A stretch of 64,000 nt of DNA from the NCBI GenBank assembly GCA_041687695.1, contig JAWLBL010000032.1, positions 29,174 through 93,173 of the forward strand, given 5' to 3'. This document shows, piece after piece, positions 28,599-38,118 of the stretch (its first letter is position 1; each line of letters starts with the position of its first letter). A program made the position numbers and the translations under genes. The notes below the pieces were generated by a model, which did not search any database, was not told the origin of the DNA, and worked only from the letters and a program-made list of their open reading frames with translations. The DNA comes from Myxococcota bacterium. Lineage in GTDB: Bacteria > Myxococcota_A > UBA9042 > PHBI01 > JAWLBL01.

Positions 28599-29510
28599 AT
28601 GGCCTCGCCCCGCCCCGACCAGTCGATCCTCGTCCTCGGCTGCGGCTTCACCGGCCTCGTCCTGGCGCAGCGCCTCGCCTTCAAGGGCCGCCCCGTCTTC
28701 GGCACCACCCGCAGCGAGGCCCAGGCGAACGTCATCCGCACCCGCGGCGCCGAGCCCGTCCTGTGGGACGCCTCGGATCTCGGCCCGCTCGACAAGCTCC
28801 GCGGCCGCGTCGGCGCCGTCGTCAGCCTGGTCCCCCCCACGATGACCGCCGACGGCTTCGACGACCCGCACGCGCGCCTGCTCGAGCTGTTCGCCGACCA
28901 GCCCCTCGCCGCCTTCGTCTACGTCTCGTCCACCAGCGTCTGGGGCGACCACGGCGGCGCCGTCGTGACCGAGGCGACGCCCGCCGACCCCGACAGCCCA
29001 CGCGGCGAGGCCCGCCTGGCCATCGAGCGCCAGATCCTGGCCAGCGGGCTGCCCGCCATGGTCGTCCGCCCGTCCGGCATCTACGGCCCGGGCCGCTCGC
29101 AGCTGCACCGCATCGCCCGCGGCGACTACAAGCTGGTCGGCGACGGGCAGGCCATCAGCAACCGCGTCCACGTCCGCGATCTCGTCGCCATCCTCGAGGC
29201 CGCCATCGAGCGCGGCACCCCGGGCTCGGTCTACCTGGCCACCGACCAACGCCCCGCCTCGCAGCGCGAGGTGGTCGACCACATCGTCTCGACCTACGGC
29301 CTGCCGGCGCCGCCGGCCATGTCGCTCGACGAGGCGCGGGTCCGCCTGTCCAAGGACGCCTTCCGCATGATCACCGGGTCCAAGCGCCTCGACCCGACCG
29401 CCACGCTCGACGCCCTGCGCGTCCGCCTGCGCTACCCGGACTACCAGAGCGGCCTCGCCGCCATCTGGCAGCAGGAGGCCGCCGAGCTCCGAGGCCTGCC
29501 GACGCGATGA
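28599..29510 (+). CDS. NAD-dependent epimerase/dehydratase (atypical SDR)
   Basis: ILVLGCGFTG, YVSSTSVWGD, RPSGIYGPGR and NRVHVRDL. Confidence 0.9.
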   Translation: MASPRPDQSILVLGCGFTGLVLAQRLAFKGRPVFGTTRSEAQANVIRTRGAEPVLWDASDLGPLDKLRGRVGAVVSLVPPTMTADGFDDPHARLLELFADQPLAAFVYVSSTSVWGDHGGAVVTEATPADPDSPRGEARLAIERQILASGLPAMVVRPSGIYGPGRSQLHRIARGDYKLVGDGQAISNRVHVRDLVAILEAAIERGTPGSVYLATDQRPASQREVVDHIVSTYGLPAPPAMSLDEARVRLSKDAFRMITGSKRLDPTATLDALRVRLRYPDYQSGLAAIWQQEAAELRGLPTR

Positions 29511-31879
29511 CGCCTGCGCCGCCCTCGCTCCAAGCCTGGTCGGCCCGCCCCCGCTGGCAGCGAGTGCTGTACTGGGCGGCGGTGGCGCTGGTCTTCGCCG
29601 CCTTCCTGGCCGCCTGCCTGCACGCCATCGCCAACGTCTGGCAGTGGGGCCACAACGGCTTCAACGGCGCCGCCTTCTCGCAGGCCGCCCGCAACTCCCT
29701 GCGCTTCGACATGGTCGCGCAGGCCCAGTACTACTTCGACCTCGCGCCGCCGGCCCCAGAGCGCTTCTACACCCACCACCCGATGCTGCTGCACTTCCAC
29801 CTGATGGGCAGCTACGCGCTCTTCGGCGACCACGAGTGGGCCGGCCGGCTGGTCCCCGCGCTCTACAGCTTCGGCGCCCTGGTCATGCTGTTCCTCGTGA
29901 CGCGCCGCTTCCTCGGCCACGCCGTCGCCCTGATCGCCATCGCCCTGTGGGCGCTCACGCCCATCAACCTCATCTTCGCCAACATGATCAACCACGAGCA
30001 GGGCTCGCTCTTCTGGTGCCTCGCCTTCGTGGGCGCCTACCTCGCCTGGCTCGACACCGCGCGCACCCGCTGGCTCGTCGCCGCCTGCGCCGCCACCACG
30101 ATGGCCGTGCAGTTCGACTGGCCGGGTTACTACATCGCCTTCTTCGTCGCCGTGCACGCCCTCTCCGTCGGCCTACGCCGCGTCCCGGGCCTGCTGCGCT
30201 GGCGCCGCGAGTACACCTTCGTCGTCGTCTACTCGGTCGTCGTGCTGGCCAACTTCATCGGCTTCTTCGGCTGGATCGCCAGCGTCCGCGGCGATCTGCA
30301 GGAGATGGGGCACGCCTTCCTCTGGCGCGCCGCCGGCTTCGACGGCTACCTGGGCCTGCTCTGGATGCGCAGCCAGGATCTGCACGGCAACCTCCTGCTG
30401 GTCCTGCTCGCCCTCTGGGTCGCCTGGTACGCCGTCCGCCTGCCGCGCGGCCGCACCCGCCGCGGCGAGCTGGTCCCGCTGTTCTTCCTGCTGGCCCAGC
30501 TCATCCACAGCGCCGTCTTCAGCTCGGCCGGCGCCATCCACGCCTACTGGGTCTGGCACCTCAGCCCCGCCCTCGCCGTCGGCGGCGCCGTCGTCGCCGT
30601 CGACGCCGCGCGCTGGGCCCTGCCGCGCTTTCGCGCCCTGGTCGCCGACCTGGGCGCCCACCACGCCCGCCGCCTCGCCGCCGCCCTCGCCGTCGTCGTC
30701 GCCCTGCCGCTGCTCCACCACCAGACGGCCTTCGCCTGGGATCGCCTCCGCTGGGGCTTCCAGACCGGCAGCGCCTCCTACGTCTACCCCTACGACGACC
30801 AATACCTGCAGATCCAATGGGCCCGCGACCTCGCCCGCCGCTACCACCGCGAGGACACGCGCTTCCTGGTCCACCCCTCGCTCTCCGAGCGCATCGAGTT
30901 CCGCTGGTACCTCGACACCCCCATCCGCGAGCACTACGCCCTGGCCTTCGCGACCTCGGACCTCGAGGGGCCCCGCCCGGTGCTGCTGCTCGATCTCCGG
31001 AACATGGGCGCCTCGACGTCCCTGAGCCTGCTGGTCGAGCGCTACGGCGCGACCGTGTGGGCCGGCCGCTTCGTCGCCATCGACCCCCTGGCCGCCCGCA
31101 AGGGCAGACCCGAGCTGGTGTCGTACGCCGCGCGCCGCCAGCCGGCCGGCTGGACCTGGCGCTGGCTCGTCAACCCCGACCGCCCGCCCATCACCTGGGT
31201 CTCCGAGCCGGTCCCCGAGACCGTCCGCGAGCTGCTGCTCCCCGGCGACGTGACCCCGTGGCGGGGCCTCGCCGGCGGCCCCCGCGGCGCCCCGCGCCAG
31301 TTCACCTGCCCCGAAGGCCAGGTCGTCGCCGAGCTGTCGGTGCGCGTCGGCTCTCTGCAGGCCGATCGCGTCGTCGGCGCCGTGCAGCCGCGCTGCCGGG
31401 GTATCGAGCGCCCCAGGGAGGCGCCCCGCGATGCCCCCGTCCAGCCCGCCGCCCTGGCCGACGTGATCCCCGGCCCCTGGTTCGGCGGCCGCAGCCACCA
31501 GGGCGACCTGAAGCTGGCCTGTCGCGCGAGCGAGCTGCCGGTGGGCCTGCACGGCCGCTCGGGGCTGTACGTCGACGCCCTGGGGCTGCTCTGCATGACC
31601 CGCGGCGCGCTGCGCGCCCAGCGTCCCCCCGACCCGGCCGCCGACGGCCAGCCGCCCGCCCGCCCCCGGCAGCCGGCGCACGCCCGCGCCACCCGCACCG
31701 AAGGCGGCCCCCTGGGCCGGCCCTTCGATCTGCAGTGCCCGCCCGGCGCGGTCCTGACCGGCGTCCGCCTGCGCAGCGGGGCCGTGGTCGACGCCGTCGG
31801 CATCGAGTGCAAGCCCTTGGCCGAGACCTATGCTAAGGGACAGCGCCCGACCCCGCCGCCCGAAGGCCCCTCCCCATGA
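29507..31879 (+). CDS. GT-C (ArnT/PMT-like) membrane glycosyltransferase with a C-terminal three-repeat beta-prism lectin-like domain
   Basis: Many TM helices with YTHHPML and FGDHEWAGRL motifs; three GG...C-x-x-x...G-x-x-V-x-A...C repeats at the C-terminus. Confidence 0.8.
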   Translation: MTPAPPSLQAWSARPRWQRVLYWAAVALVFAAFLAACLHAIANVWQWGHNGFNGAAFSQAARNSLRFDMVAQAQYYFDLAPPAPERFYTHHPMLLHFHLMGSYALFGDHEWAGRLVPALYSFGALVMLFLVTRRFLGHAVALIAIALWALTPINLIFANMINHEQGSLFWCLAFVGAYLAWLDTARTRWLVAACAATTMAVQFDWPGYYIAFFVAVHALSVGLRRVPGLLRWRREYTFVVVYSVVVLANFIGFFGWIASVRGDLQEMGHAFLWRAAGFDGYLGLLWMRSQDLHGNLLLVLLALWVAWYAVRLPRGRTRRGELVPLFFLLAQLIHSAVFSSAGAIHAYWVWHLSPALAVGGAVVAVDAARWALPRFRALVADLGAHHARRLAAALAVVVALPLLHHQTAFAWDRLRWGFQTGSASYVYPYDDQYLQIQWARDLARRYHREDTRFLVHPSLSERIEFRWYLDTPIREHYALAFATSDLEGPRPVLLLDLRNMGASTSLSLLVERYGATVWAGRFVAIDPLAARKGRPELVSYAARRQPAGWTWRWLVNPDRPPITWVSEPVPETVRELLLPGDVTPWRGLAGGPRGAPRQFTCPEGQVVAELSVRVGSLQADRVVGAVQPRCRGIERPREAPRDAPVQPAALADVIPGPWFGGRSHQGDLKLACRASELPVGLHGRSGLYVDALGLLCMTRGALRAQRPPDPAADGQPPARPRQPAHARATRTEGGPLGRPFDLQCPPGAVLTGVRLRSGAVVDAVGIECKPLAETYAKGQRPTPPPEGPSP

Positions 31880-32658
31880 ACGCGCGCTCCGCCGCCGCCG
31901 GCGGCCCCGACATCTCCATCGTCATCCCGGCCTACAACGAGGCGCGTCGCCTGCCCGCCACCCTCGAGGCCGTCACCGCCTGGTTGGACGGCAGCGCCCT
32001 GGGCGCCCGCGCCGAGCTGGTCGTGGTCGACGACGGCAGCGCCGACGCTACCGCCCAGGTCATCACCCAGGCCGCCACCGCCCACTCGCGCGTCCGCGCC
32101 GTGGTCCGGCCCGACAACCGCGGCAAGGGCGCCGCCGTCCGCGAGGGGGTGCGCCAGGCCGCCGGCCGCGTCGTCGTCTTCTTCGACGCCGACCTGCCGT
32201 ACCCGCTCGACACCATCGACGAGGCCTGGCGCCGCCTCGAGGCCGGGGCGCAGGTCGTCCTCGGCGCCCGCGATCTCTCCGGGGCCCAGGGCCTGCAGCA
32301 GTACTCGCCGCTGCGCAAGGCCGCCACGCGCGCCTTCAACCTGCTGGTCGAGCAGGCGCTCGACCTCGGCATCCCCGACACTCAGTGCGGCTTCAAGGCC
32401 TTCACCGCCGAGGTCGCCCGCCCGCTGTTCGAGGCCCTCACCATCGAGCGCTTCGGCTTCGACGTCGAGCTGCTCTTCCTGGCCCGCCGCTGGGACCTGC
32501 GCCTCGAGCGCGTCCCGGTCCGCATGGCCCACGGCGGCGACAGCTCCGTCCGCGTCGTCCGCGACAGCCTGCAGATGGCCCGCGACGTCCTGCACATCCG
32601 CGCCCGCGCCCGCCGCGGCGCCTACCCGACCCGTGAGGTCGCCCTCCAGACCCCCTGA
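31876..32658 (+). CDS. GT2 polyprenyl-phosphate glycosyltransferase (dolichyl-phosphate beta-glucosyltransferase-like)
   Basis: SIVIPAYNE, VDDGSAD, NRGKGAAV, DAD, DTQCGFKAF and FGFDVELL. Confidence 0.92.
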   Translation: MNARSAAAGGPDISIVIPAYNEARRLPATLEAVTAWLDGSALGARAELVVVDDGSADATAQVITQAATAHSRVRAVVRPDNRGKGAAVREGVRQAAGRVVVFFDADLPYPLDTIDEAWRRLEAGAQVVLGARDLSGAQGLQQYSPLRKAATRAFNLLVEQALDLGIPDTQCGFKAFTAEVARPLFEALTIERFGFDVELLFLARRWDLRLERVPVRMAHGGDSSVRVVRDSLQMARDVLHIRARARRGAYPTREVALQTP

Positions 32659-32675
32659 CCGCCTCCGGAACCGCC

Positions 32676-33428
32676 ATGCTCCGCCTCCTCCTCGTCCTCT
32701 CGCTCCTGCCCCTGGCCGCCTGCGGCGACGACGCCACGTCCTCGGGCGCCGACGTCGCGCCGGACGCCCCGGCCGACGTCGCCGACGCCCACCAGGACGC
32801 CACCGAGGACTCGTCGGACGCGCCCGAGCCGCCGAGTGACGCATCCGAAGACTCGTCGGACGCGCCCGAGCCGCCGAGTGACGCATCCGGAGACTCGTCG
32901 GACGCGCCCGAGCCGCCGAGTGACACGTCCGGAGACTCGTCGGACGCGCCCGAGCCGCCGAGTGACACGTCCGGAGACTCGTCGGACGCGCCCGAGCCGC
33001 CGAGTGACGCGTCCGGAGACTCGTCGGACGCGCCCGAGCCGCCGAGTGACGCATCCGGAGACTCGTCGGACGCGCCCGAGCCGCCGAGTGACGCATCCGG
33101 AGACTCAGCCACCAGCGCCGACGCCGTCGTCGAGGCCGACGCCGACCCCGGCCCGGCCCCCATCACCACCAAGACCCCGTGCGCCAGCAACTACGACTGC
33201 AAGGCCACCTACTGCTCGGGCTGGATCTGCAACGATCTCACCAAGCTCTGCGAGAACGTCTGGGGCGCCGCCGACTGCTGCAGCGACGCCGACGAGTGCG
33301 ACGACGGCAACCCCTGCACCAAGGACACCTGCTACAAGGCGCTCGGCGCCTGCATCCACAACGCCATCGAGTGCCCGGACGGCGAGACCTGCGACCCCTG
33401 GACCGGCGCCTGCGTGTCCGCGCCTTGA
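32676..33428 (+). CDS. Lipoprotein with a Ser/Asp/Pro tandem-repeat stalk and Cys-rich C-terminal domain
   Basis: Lipobox LAAC; seven copies of DSSDAPEPPSD(A/T)S(G/E); CDDGNPCTKDTC-type Cys-rich domain. Confidence 0.85.
   Translation: MLRLLLVLSLLPLAACGDDATSSGADVAPDAPADVADAHQDATEDSSDAPEPPSDASEDSSDAPEPPSDASGDSSDAPEPPSDTSGDSSDAPEPPSDTSGDSSDAPEPPSDASGDSSDAPEPPSDASGDSSDAPEPPSDASGDSATSADAVVEADADPGPAPITTKTPCASNYDCKATYCSGWICNDLTKLCENVWGAADCCSDADECDDGNPCTKDTCYKALGACIHNAIECPDGETCDPWTGACVSAP
32808..33101 (+). repeat. Intragenic VNTR, 7 x 42 bp
   Basis: Unit GACTCGTCGGACGCGCCCGAGCCGCCGAGTGACRCRTCCGRA, near-identical copies. Confidence 0.95.
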
Positions 33429-33451
33429 ACTTTTCTCCCTCGCCTCGCGTT
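33427..33451 (+). promoter_or_regulatory. Candidate autoregulatory ECF promoter
   Basis: GAAC-N17-CGTT (GAACTT at -35) about 70 bp upstream of the ECF sigma gene. Confidence 0.6.
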
Positions 33452-33522
33452 TCCAACCGTGCGACGCCGCCGAGCCGCCCCCCAGCCGCCGGCGACGCGC
33501 CCATCCCCTCAAGGAGTCTCGT

Positions 33523-34107
33523 TTGGTGGTCTGGTCCGGCGCCAGGAAGAGAGCCCAGATCGAACGCGAGTTCATGGCCCACGTGTTCGTGCACGCCGAG
33601 GGGCTCTACCGCTACGCGCTGCGCCTGACCGGCCAGCCGCAGTCGGCCGAGGACCTCGTGCAGGACGCGCTGGCTCGGGCCTTCGACGCCTTCGAGCGGC
33701 TGCGTCCGAACACCAACCATCGCGCCTGGGTGTTCACCATCCTGCGCAACGCGTTCATCTCGACCCAGCGTCGCCTCGGGCGCGAGCAAGAGCTCGAGGA
33801 CCCGACGATCCTGCCCGACGACGACGCGCCGACGGCGCTCGATCGGCTGGCCCACGCGGGCGACGGCTACCGCCACGGGTTCGAGGACGAGGTGCTGGCC
33901 GCCCTACAGGCGCTGTCCGAGCAGCAGCGCACGGCGGTCGTCCTGTGTGACGTCGAGGGGATGAGCTACGAGGACATCGCCGCGGTCATGGCCTGCCCGG
34001 TGGGCACCGTCCGCAGCCGCATCCACCACGCGCGGCGCCGCCTGCGCGAGGTGCTCGACGCCTACGCCCGCGGCAAGGGCTACGGGAGGCTCGATGAAGC
34101 CGTGTGA
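33523..34107 (+). CDS. ECF RNA polymerase sigma factor
   Basis: RBS AAGGAG then TTG/GTG start; AEDLVQD...AWVFTILRN; MSYEDIAAVMACPVGTVRSRIHHAR. Confidence 0.93.
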   Translation: MVVWSGARKRAQIEREFMAHVFVHAEGLYRYALRLTGQPQSAEDLVQDALARAFDAFERLRPNTNHRAWVFTILRNAFISTQRRLGREQELEDPTILPDDDAPTALDRLAHAGDGYRHGFEDEVLAALQALSEQQRTAVVLCDVEGMSYEDIAAVMACPVGTVRSRIHHARRRLREVLDAYARGKGYGRLDEAV

Positions 34108-34846
34108 CACCGTCCGCTCGCTCCTGTCGGCCCTGGTCGACGGAGAGCTGGCCCCCCTCGAGTCCATCGCCATCCGGCGCCACCTCAGCCAGTGCGAGGC
34201 TTGCCACGCCGAGCTGCGCGCGACCGAGCGCCTCAAGGTGGCGCTGCACGTCGCCGGCACCTCCGAGCCCTTGCCCGACGAGACCGCCGGCCGCCTCGAG
34301 GCCGCCATGCAGGCCCGCTTCGCCGCCGCGCGCGCCGAGGCCCGCGCCTCCCGCCGTTGGCTGCCCCTGGCCGCCGCCGCCGTCCTCACGGCGGGTGTCT
34401 GGGCCGCCTGGCCGGGCGAGCACGCCCGCGGCTCGGCCCCGCTCGCGATCGCTCCGGCGCCGCTGACCCTCGACGACGCGGTGCTCGCGCGCCTGGTCGC
34501 CGTCCACCAGGGCGGCCCGTCCAAGGCGGGCCCCGCCCGCGCGGCCCTGCGCGACGCGCTGGTCGCCTTCGAGCGCCTGCCCGGCAGCTTCATCACCCCC
34601 GAGGGCGAGCGCCCGCGCGTCGTGCAGGTCAGCTACGCCGACTGCGACGGCCCCGGCAACGGCTCCAGCCTGGCCGTCTTCAGCGCCGATCGCGTCCGCC
34701 TGTCCTCCAGCGTCGACGCGGCCCTGGACACCAAGGGCGTCTTCCTCGAGGTCGTAGACGGCGTCGAGGTCCGCGTCAGCCTGAGCGGCGACAAGGTCTT
34801 CGTCCTGCTCAGCGACATCGACCCCATCGACCCCTCCTCGATCTGA
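34094..34846 (+). CDS. zf-HC2 transmembrane anti-sigma factor
   Basis: CDTVRSLLSALVDGEL...HLSQCEAC (HxxxCxxC) plus a TM helix. Confidence 0.88.
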   Translation: MKPCDTVRSLLSALVDGELAPLESIAIRRHLSQCEACHAELRATERLKVALHVAGTSEPLPDETAGRLEAAMQARFAAARAEARASRRWLPLAAAAVLTAGVWAAWPGEHARGSAPLAIAPAPLTLDDAVLARLVAVHQGGPSKAGPARAALRDALVAFERLPGSFITPEGERPRVVQVSYADCDGPGNGSSLAVFSADRVRLSSSVDAALDTKGVFLEVVDGVEVRVSLSGDKVFVLLSDIDPIDPSSI

Positions 34847-35286
34847 TGCCCGATTCGCCCGAACCTCGGCTGGTCGTCGCCCCCGGCGCGGCCGAGCTCG
34901 AGGCCGCCTTCGCCCTGCGTCACCAGGTCTTCGTCGCCGAGCAGGGCGTCCCGCTCGAGCTCGAGCGCGACGACTACGATCTCACGGCGCGCCATGTCGT
35001 GCTGATGGTCGGCCCCCGGGCCGTCGCCACCGGCCGCCTGCTGACCGACCGCGCGCCCGCCAAGATCCAGCGCGTCGCGGTCGACGCCGACCACCGAGGC
35101 GCGCGCCTTGGGGCCCGCGTGATGCAGGCGCTCGAAGACCTGGCGCGTCAGGCCGGCGCCCCGGCGGTCACCCTGGCCAGCCAACTCGACGCGTGCGGCT
35201 TCTACCAGCGCCTCGGCTACGTCGCCCACGGCGAGACGTTCGAGGACGCCGGCATCGAGCACGTGCAGATGACCAAGCTGCTCTGA
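34846..35286 (+). CDS. GNAT N-acetyltransferase (ElaA/YjcF-like)
   Basis: LRHQVFVAEQGVP, RVAVDADHRGARLG and FYQRLGY...FEDAGIEHVQM. Confidence 0.92.
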   Translation: MPDSPEPRLVVAPGAAELEAAFALRHQVFVAEQGVPLELERDDYDLTARHVVLMVGPRAVATGRLLTDRAPAKIQRVAVDADHRGARLGARVMQALEDLARQAGAPAVTLASQLDACGFYQRLGYVAHGETFEDAGIEHVQMTKLL

Positions 35287-35324
35287 CGGCCCCCACTCGG
35301 CCGACCTGGGTGGGCCTCGCGACC

Positions 35325-35550
35325 GATCGCCGGCTTCCAGCCGTCCCGCCGCCCCGCCCCTCCCAGCGCCCACGGTCCTGGGATCGCCGGCTTCCAGCCG
35401 TCCGGCCGTTCCGCCCCTCCCAGCGCCCACCGTCCTGGGATCGCCGGCTTCCAGCCGTCCCGCCGCCCCGCCCCTCCCAGCGCCCACGGTCCTGGGATCG
35501 CCGACTTCCAGCCGGCCGGCCGTCCTGGGATCGCCGGCTTCCAGCCGGCC
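35325..35550. repeat. Cluster of five REP-like palindromic units (57-bp period)
   Basis: (CCTGG)GATCGCCGGCTTCCAGCCG with the GATCG core at 35325, 35382, 35439, 35496 and 35529; hairpin CGGCT-TCC-AGCCG; near-identical spacers. Confidence 0.85.
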
Positions 35551-35609
35551 TGCCGCCCCGCCGATCGCAGCGTCCGCCTGGGACGCTCCGGCTTCCCTCG
35601 GGCCCGCGA

Positions 35610-35962
35610 TGCGACCGGCCGGCGGCTTCGCGGCAGCCTTCGCACAGGCCTCTGACGGGCCTCGTCAGACCTCGAGAGGCCTCGCGGCCGGTCTCGGCAG
35701 ACCTCGCGAGAGGGTCGAGACGGCGCCCGCCCGGTTTGCAGGGATCCGGCTCACCGGGACAGCCTTGGGGACCGATGTCGGGGTTCATCGTCCGCCTGCC
35801 GCCCTGCCGGCCTGGAAGCTCGGTGCGTGGCGCCTCTCGGGGTTCGACATGCCGGTGGGGAGTCCGGCATCGTCCCGGTGATCCGAGCTCGGGGAGGGGC
35901 TCGGCCGCCGGTTCGCGAGGTCTGCTTGTCAACCGCGGTCGGGGAGCAGCCGCGTGCGACGT
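35610..35962 (-). ncRNA. Candidate structured sRNA with repeated C-rich hairpin loops
   Basis: Three hairpins with CUCCCC loops (35934-35954, 35883-35904, 35849-35870); perfect 10-bp long-range stem 35751-35760/35872-35881; sigma-54 promoter directly upstream; no credible CDS. Ends and strand are inferred. Confidence 0.45.
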
Positions 35963-35972
35963 GTTCCAACGA

Positions 35973-35988
35973 AGCATCTTCCGTGCCA
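35973..35988 (-). promoter_or_regulatory. Candidate sigma-54 (-24/-12) promoter
   Basis: Minus strand TGGCACG-GAAG-ATGCT with canonical GG-N10-GC spacing. Confidence 0.6.
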
Positions 35989-36129
35989 ACGCCCGAGGAG
36001 GCCGGCGAAGCCCAGCGTTCATGCGGTCAGTCGCGGACACGCCTCGCATCCACCGACCCGCCGGCCTGCCGATACGGTGGCAAGTGCGCAAAAAATCCCC
36101 ACCCGCCGAGCGGAGGCTTCCCCGCCGCG

Positions 36130-36356
36130 TCGGTGGCCGTGGTCCGTGGCCGGGTCGGAGGCCGTGGGCCGTAGCCGGGTCGGTGGCCGCGCCGGTGGCC
36201 GTGCTCCGTGGCCGAGCGCCGTGGCCGGGTCGGTGGCCGTGGGCCGTGGCCGCGCCGGTGGCCGTGCTCCGTGGCCGAGCGCCGTGGCCGGGTCGGTGGC
36301 CGTGGGCCGTGGCCCGGTGGCCGTGCTCCGTGGCCGTGGTCCGTGGTCCGTGGCCG
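36130..36356. repeat. Degenerate (CCGTGG)n low-complexity tract containing a 63-bp tandem duplication
   Basis: Many GTGGCC/CCGTGG hexamers; 36183-36245 is repeated at 36246-36308. Confidence 0.85.
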
Positions 36357-36476
36357 AGTGCTCAGCCGCCGTGACCGTCGCCGCGCCGGCCACCGGACTG
36401 CACGAGCTCGCTCGTGCTCCGGCGTCGCGCAGCTCGCTGCGCGGAGGGCGGAGGTTCCAAGCTCGGGTTCAGGACT

Positions 36477-37502
<1,026 letters not shown>

Positions 37503-37518
37503 GAGTCCGGTCGACTCC

Positions 37519-38118
37519 TCAGCGCTTGAGCAGGTTCAGGGCGGCGCGCAGCAGCGCGTCGAACTCGGCGTCGGGCAGCTCCTGTCCCAGCTGGGCCAGG
37601 GCGGCGTCGACCTCCTTGGGGCGATACTGCAGGTTCTCGAGGGCGCTGCGGAGGTCCCGCCAGACGCCGCCGACGCGAGGGGCCGGCGCGGTCGCCGCGG
37701 CGCCGATCGCCTCGGGCGCGACGTCCAGCTTGCCCTTCAGCTCGACCGGCAGCCGCTCGGCCAGGCGCTTGCCGACGCCCGGCAGGGCCTTGAGCCGCGC
37801 GTGGTCGGCCGTCTCGATGGCCGCCGCCAGCCCGCCGGGCGTGATGGCGCCCAGGATGCCGACGGCCAGCTTGGGGCCGACGCCCGAGACCGAGATCAGG
37901 GTCTCGAAGGTGGCCAGCTGCTCCATGGTCTCGAAGCCGAACAGGGCCAGCAGATCCTCGCGCACCTGGGTGTGCACGTGCAACTCGACCTCGGCGCCCA
38001 ACGCCTTGTCGGCCGCCACGCTGAGCGGGACCTGCACCAGGTAGCCGACGCCGCCGACGTCGACCAGCAGCGCGTCGTCGCGGCGCGCGCGCAGCTTGCC
38101 CTTGAGCCAGCCGATCAT
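37519..38118 (-). CDS. ruvA: Holliday junction branch migration protein RuvA
   Basis: [33 protein letters not shown] and [11 protein letters not shown]. Confidence 0.97.
   Translation of the reverse strand: MIGWLKGKLRARRDDALLVDVGGVGYLVQVPLSVAADKALGAEVELHVHTQVREDLLALFGFETMEQLATFETLISVSGVGPKLAVGILGAITPGGLAAAIETADHARLKALPGVGKRLAERLPVELKGKLDVAPEAIGAAATAPAPRVGGVWRDLRSALENLQYRPKEVDAALAQLGQELPDAEFDALLRAALNLLKR

Noticed and set aside
35325..35550. CRISPR array
   Set aside because: The spacers are near-identical to each other, and there is no leader or cas gene; REP/VNTR fits better.
35610..35962. tmRNA, RNase P RNA, SRP RNA or a known riboswitch
   Set aside because: Hallmark sequences (tRNA-like ends with CCA, GAGGAAAGUCC, the SRP GGAA loop motif) were not found by eye on either strand.
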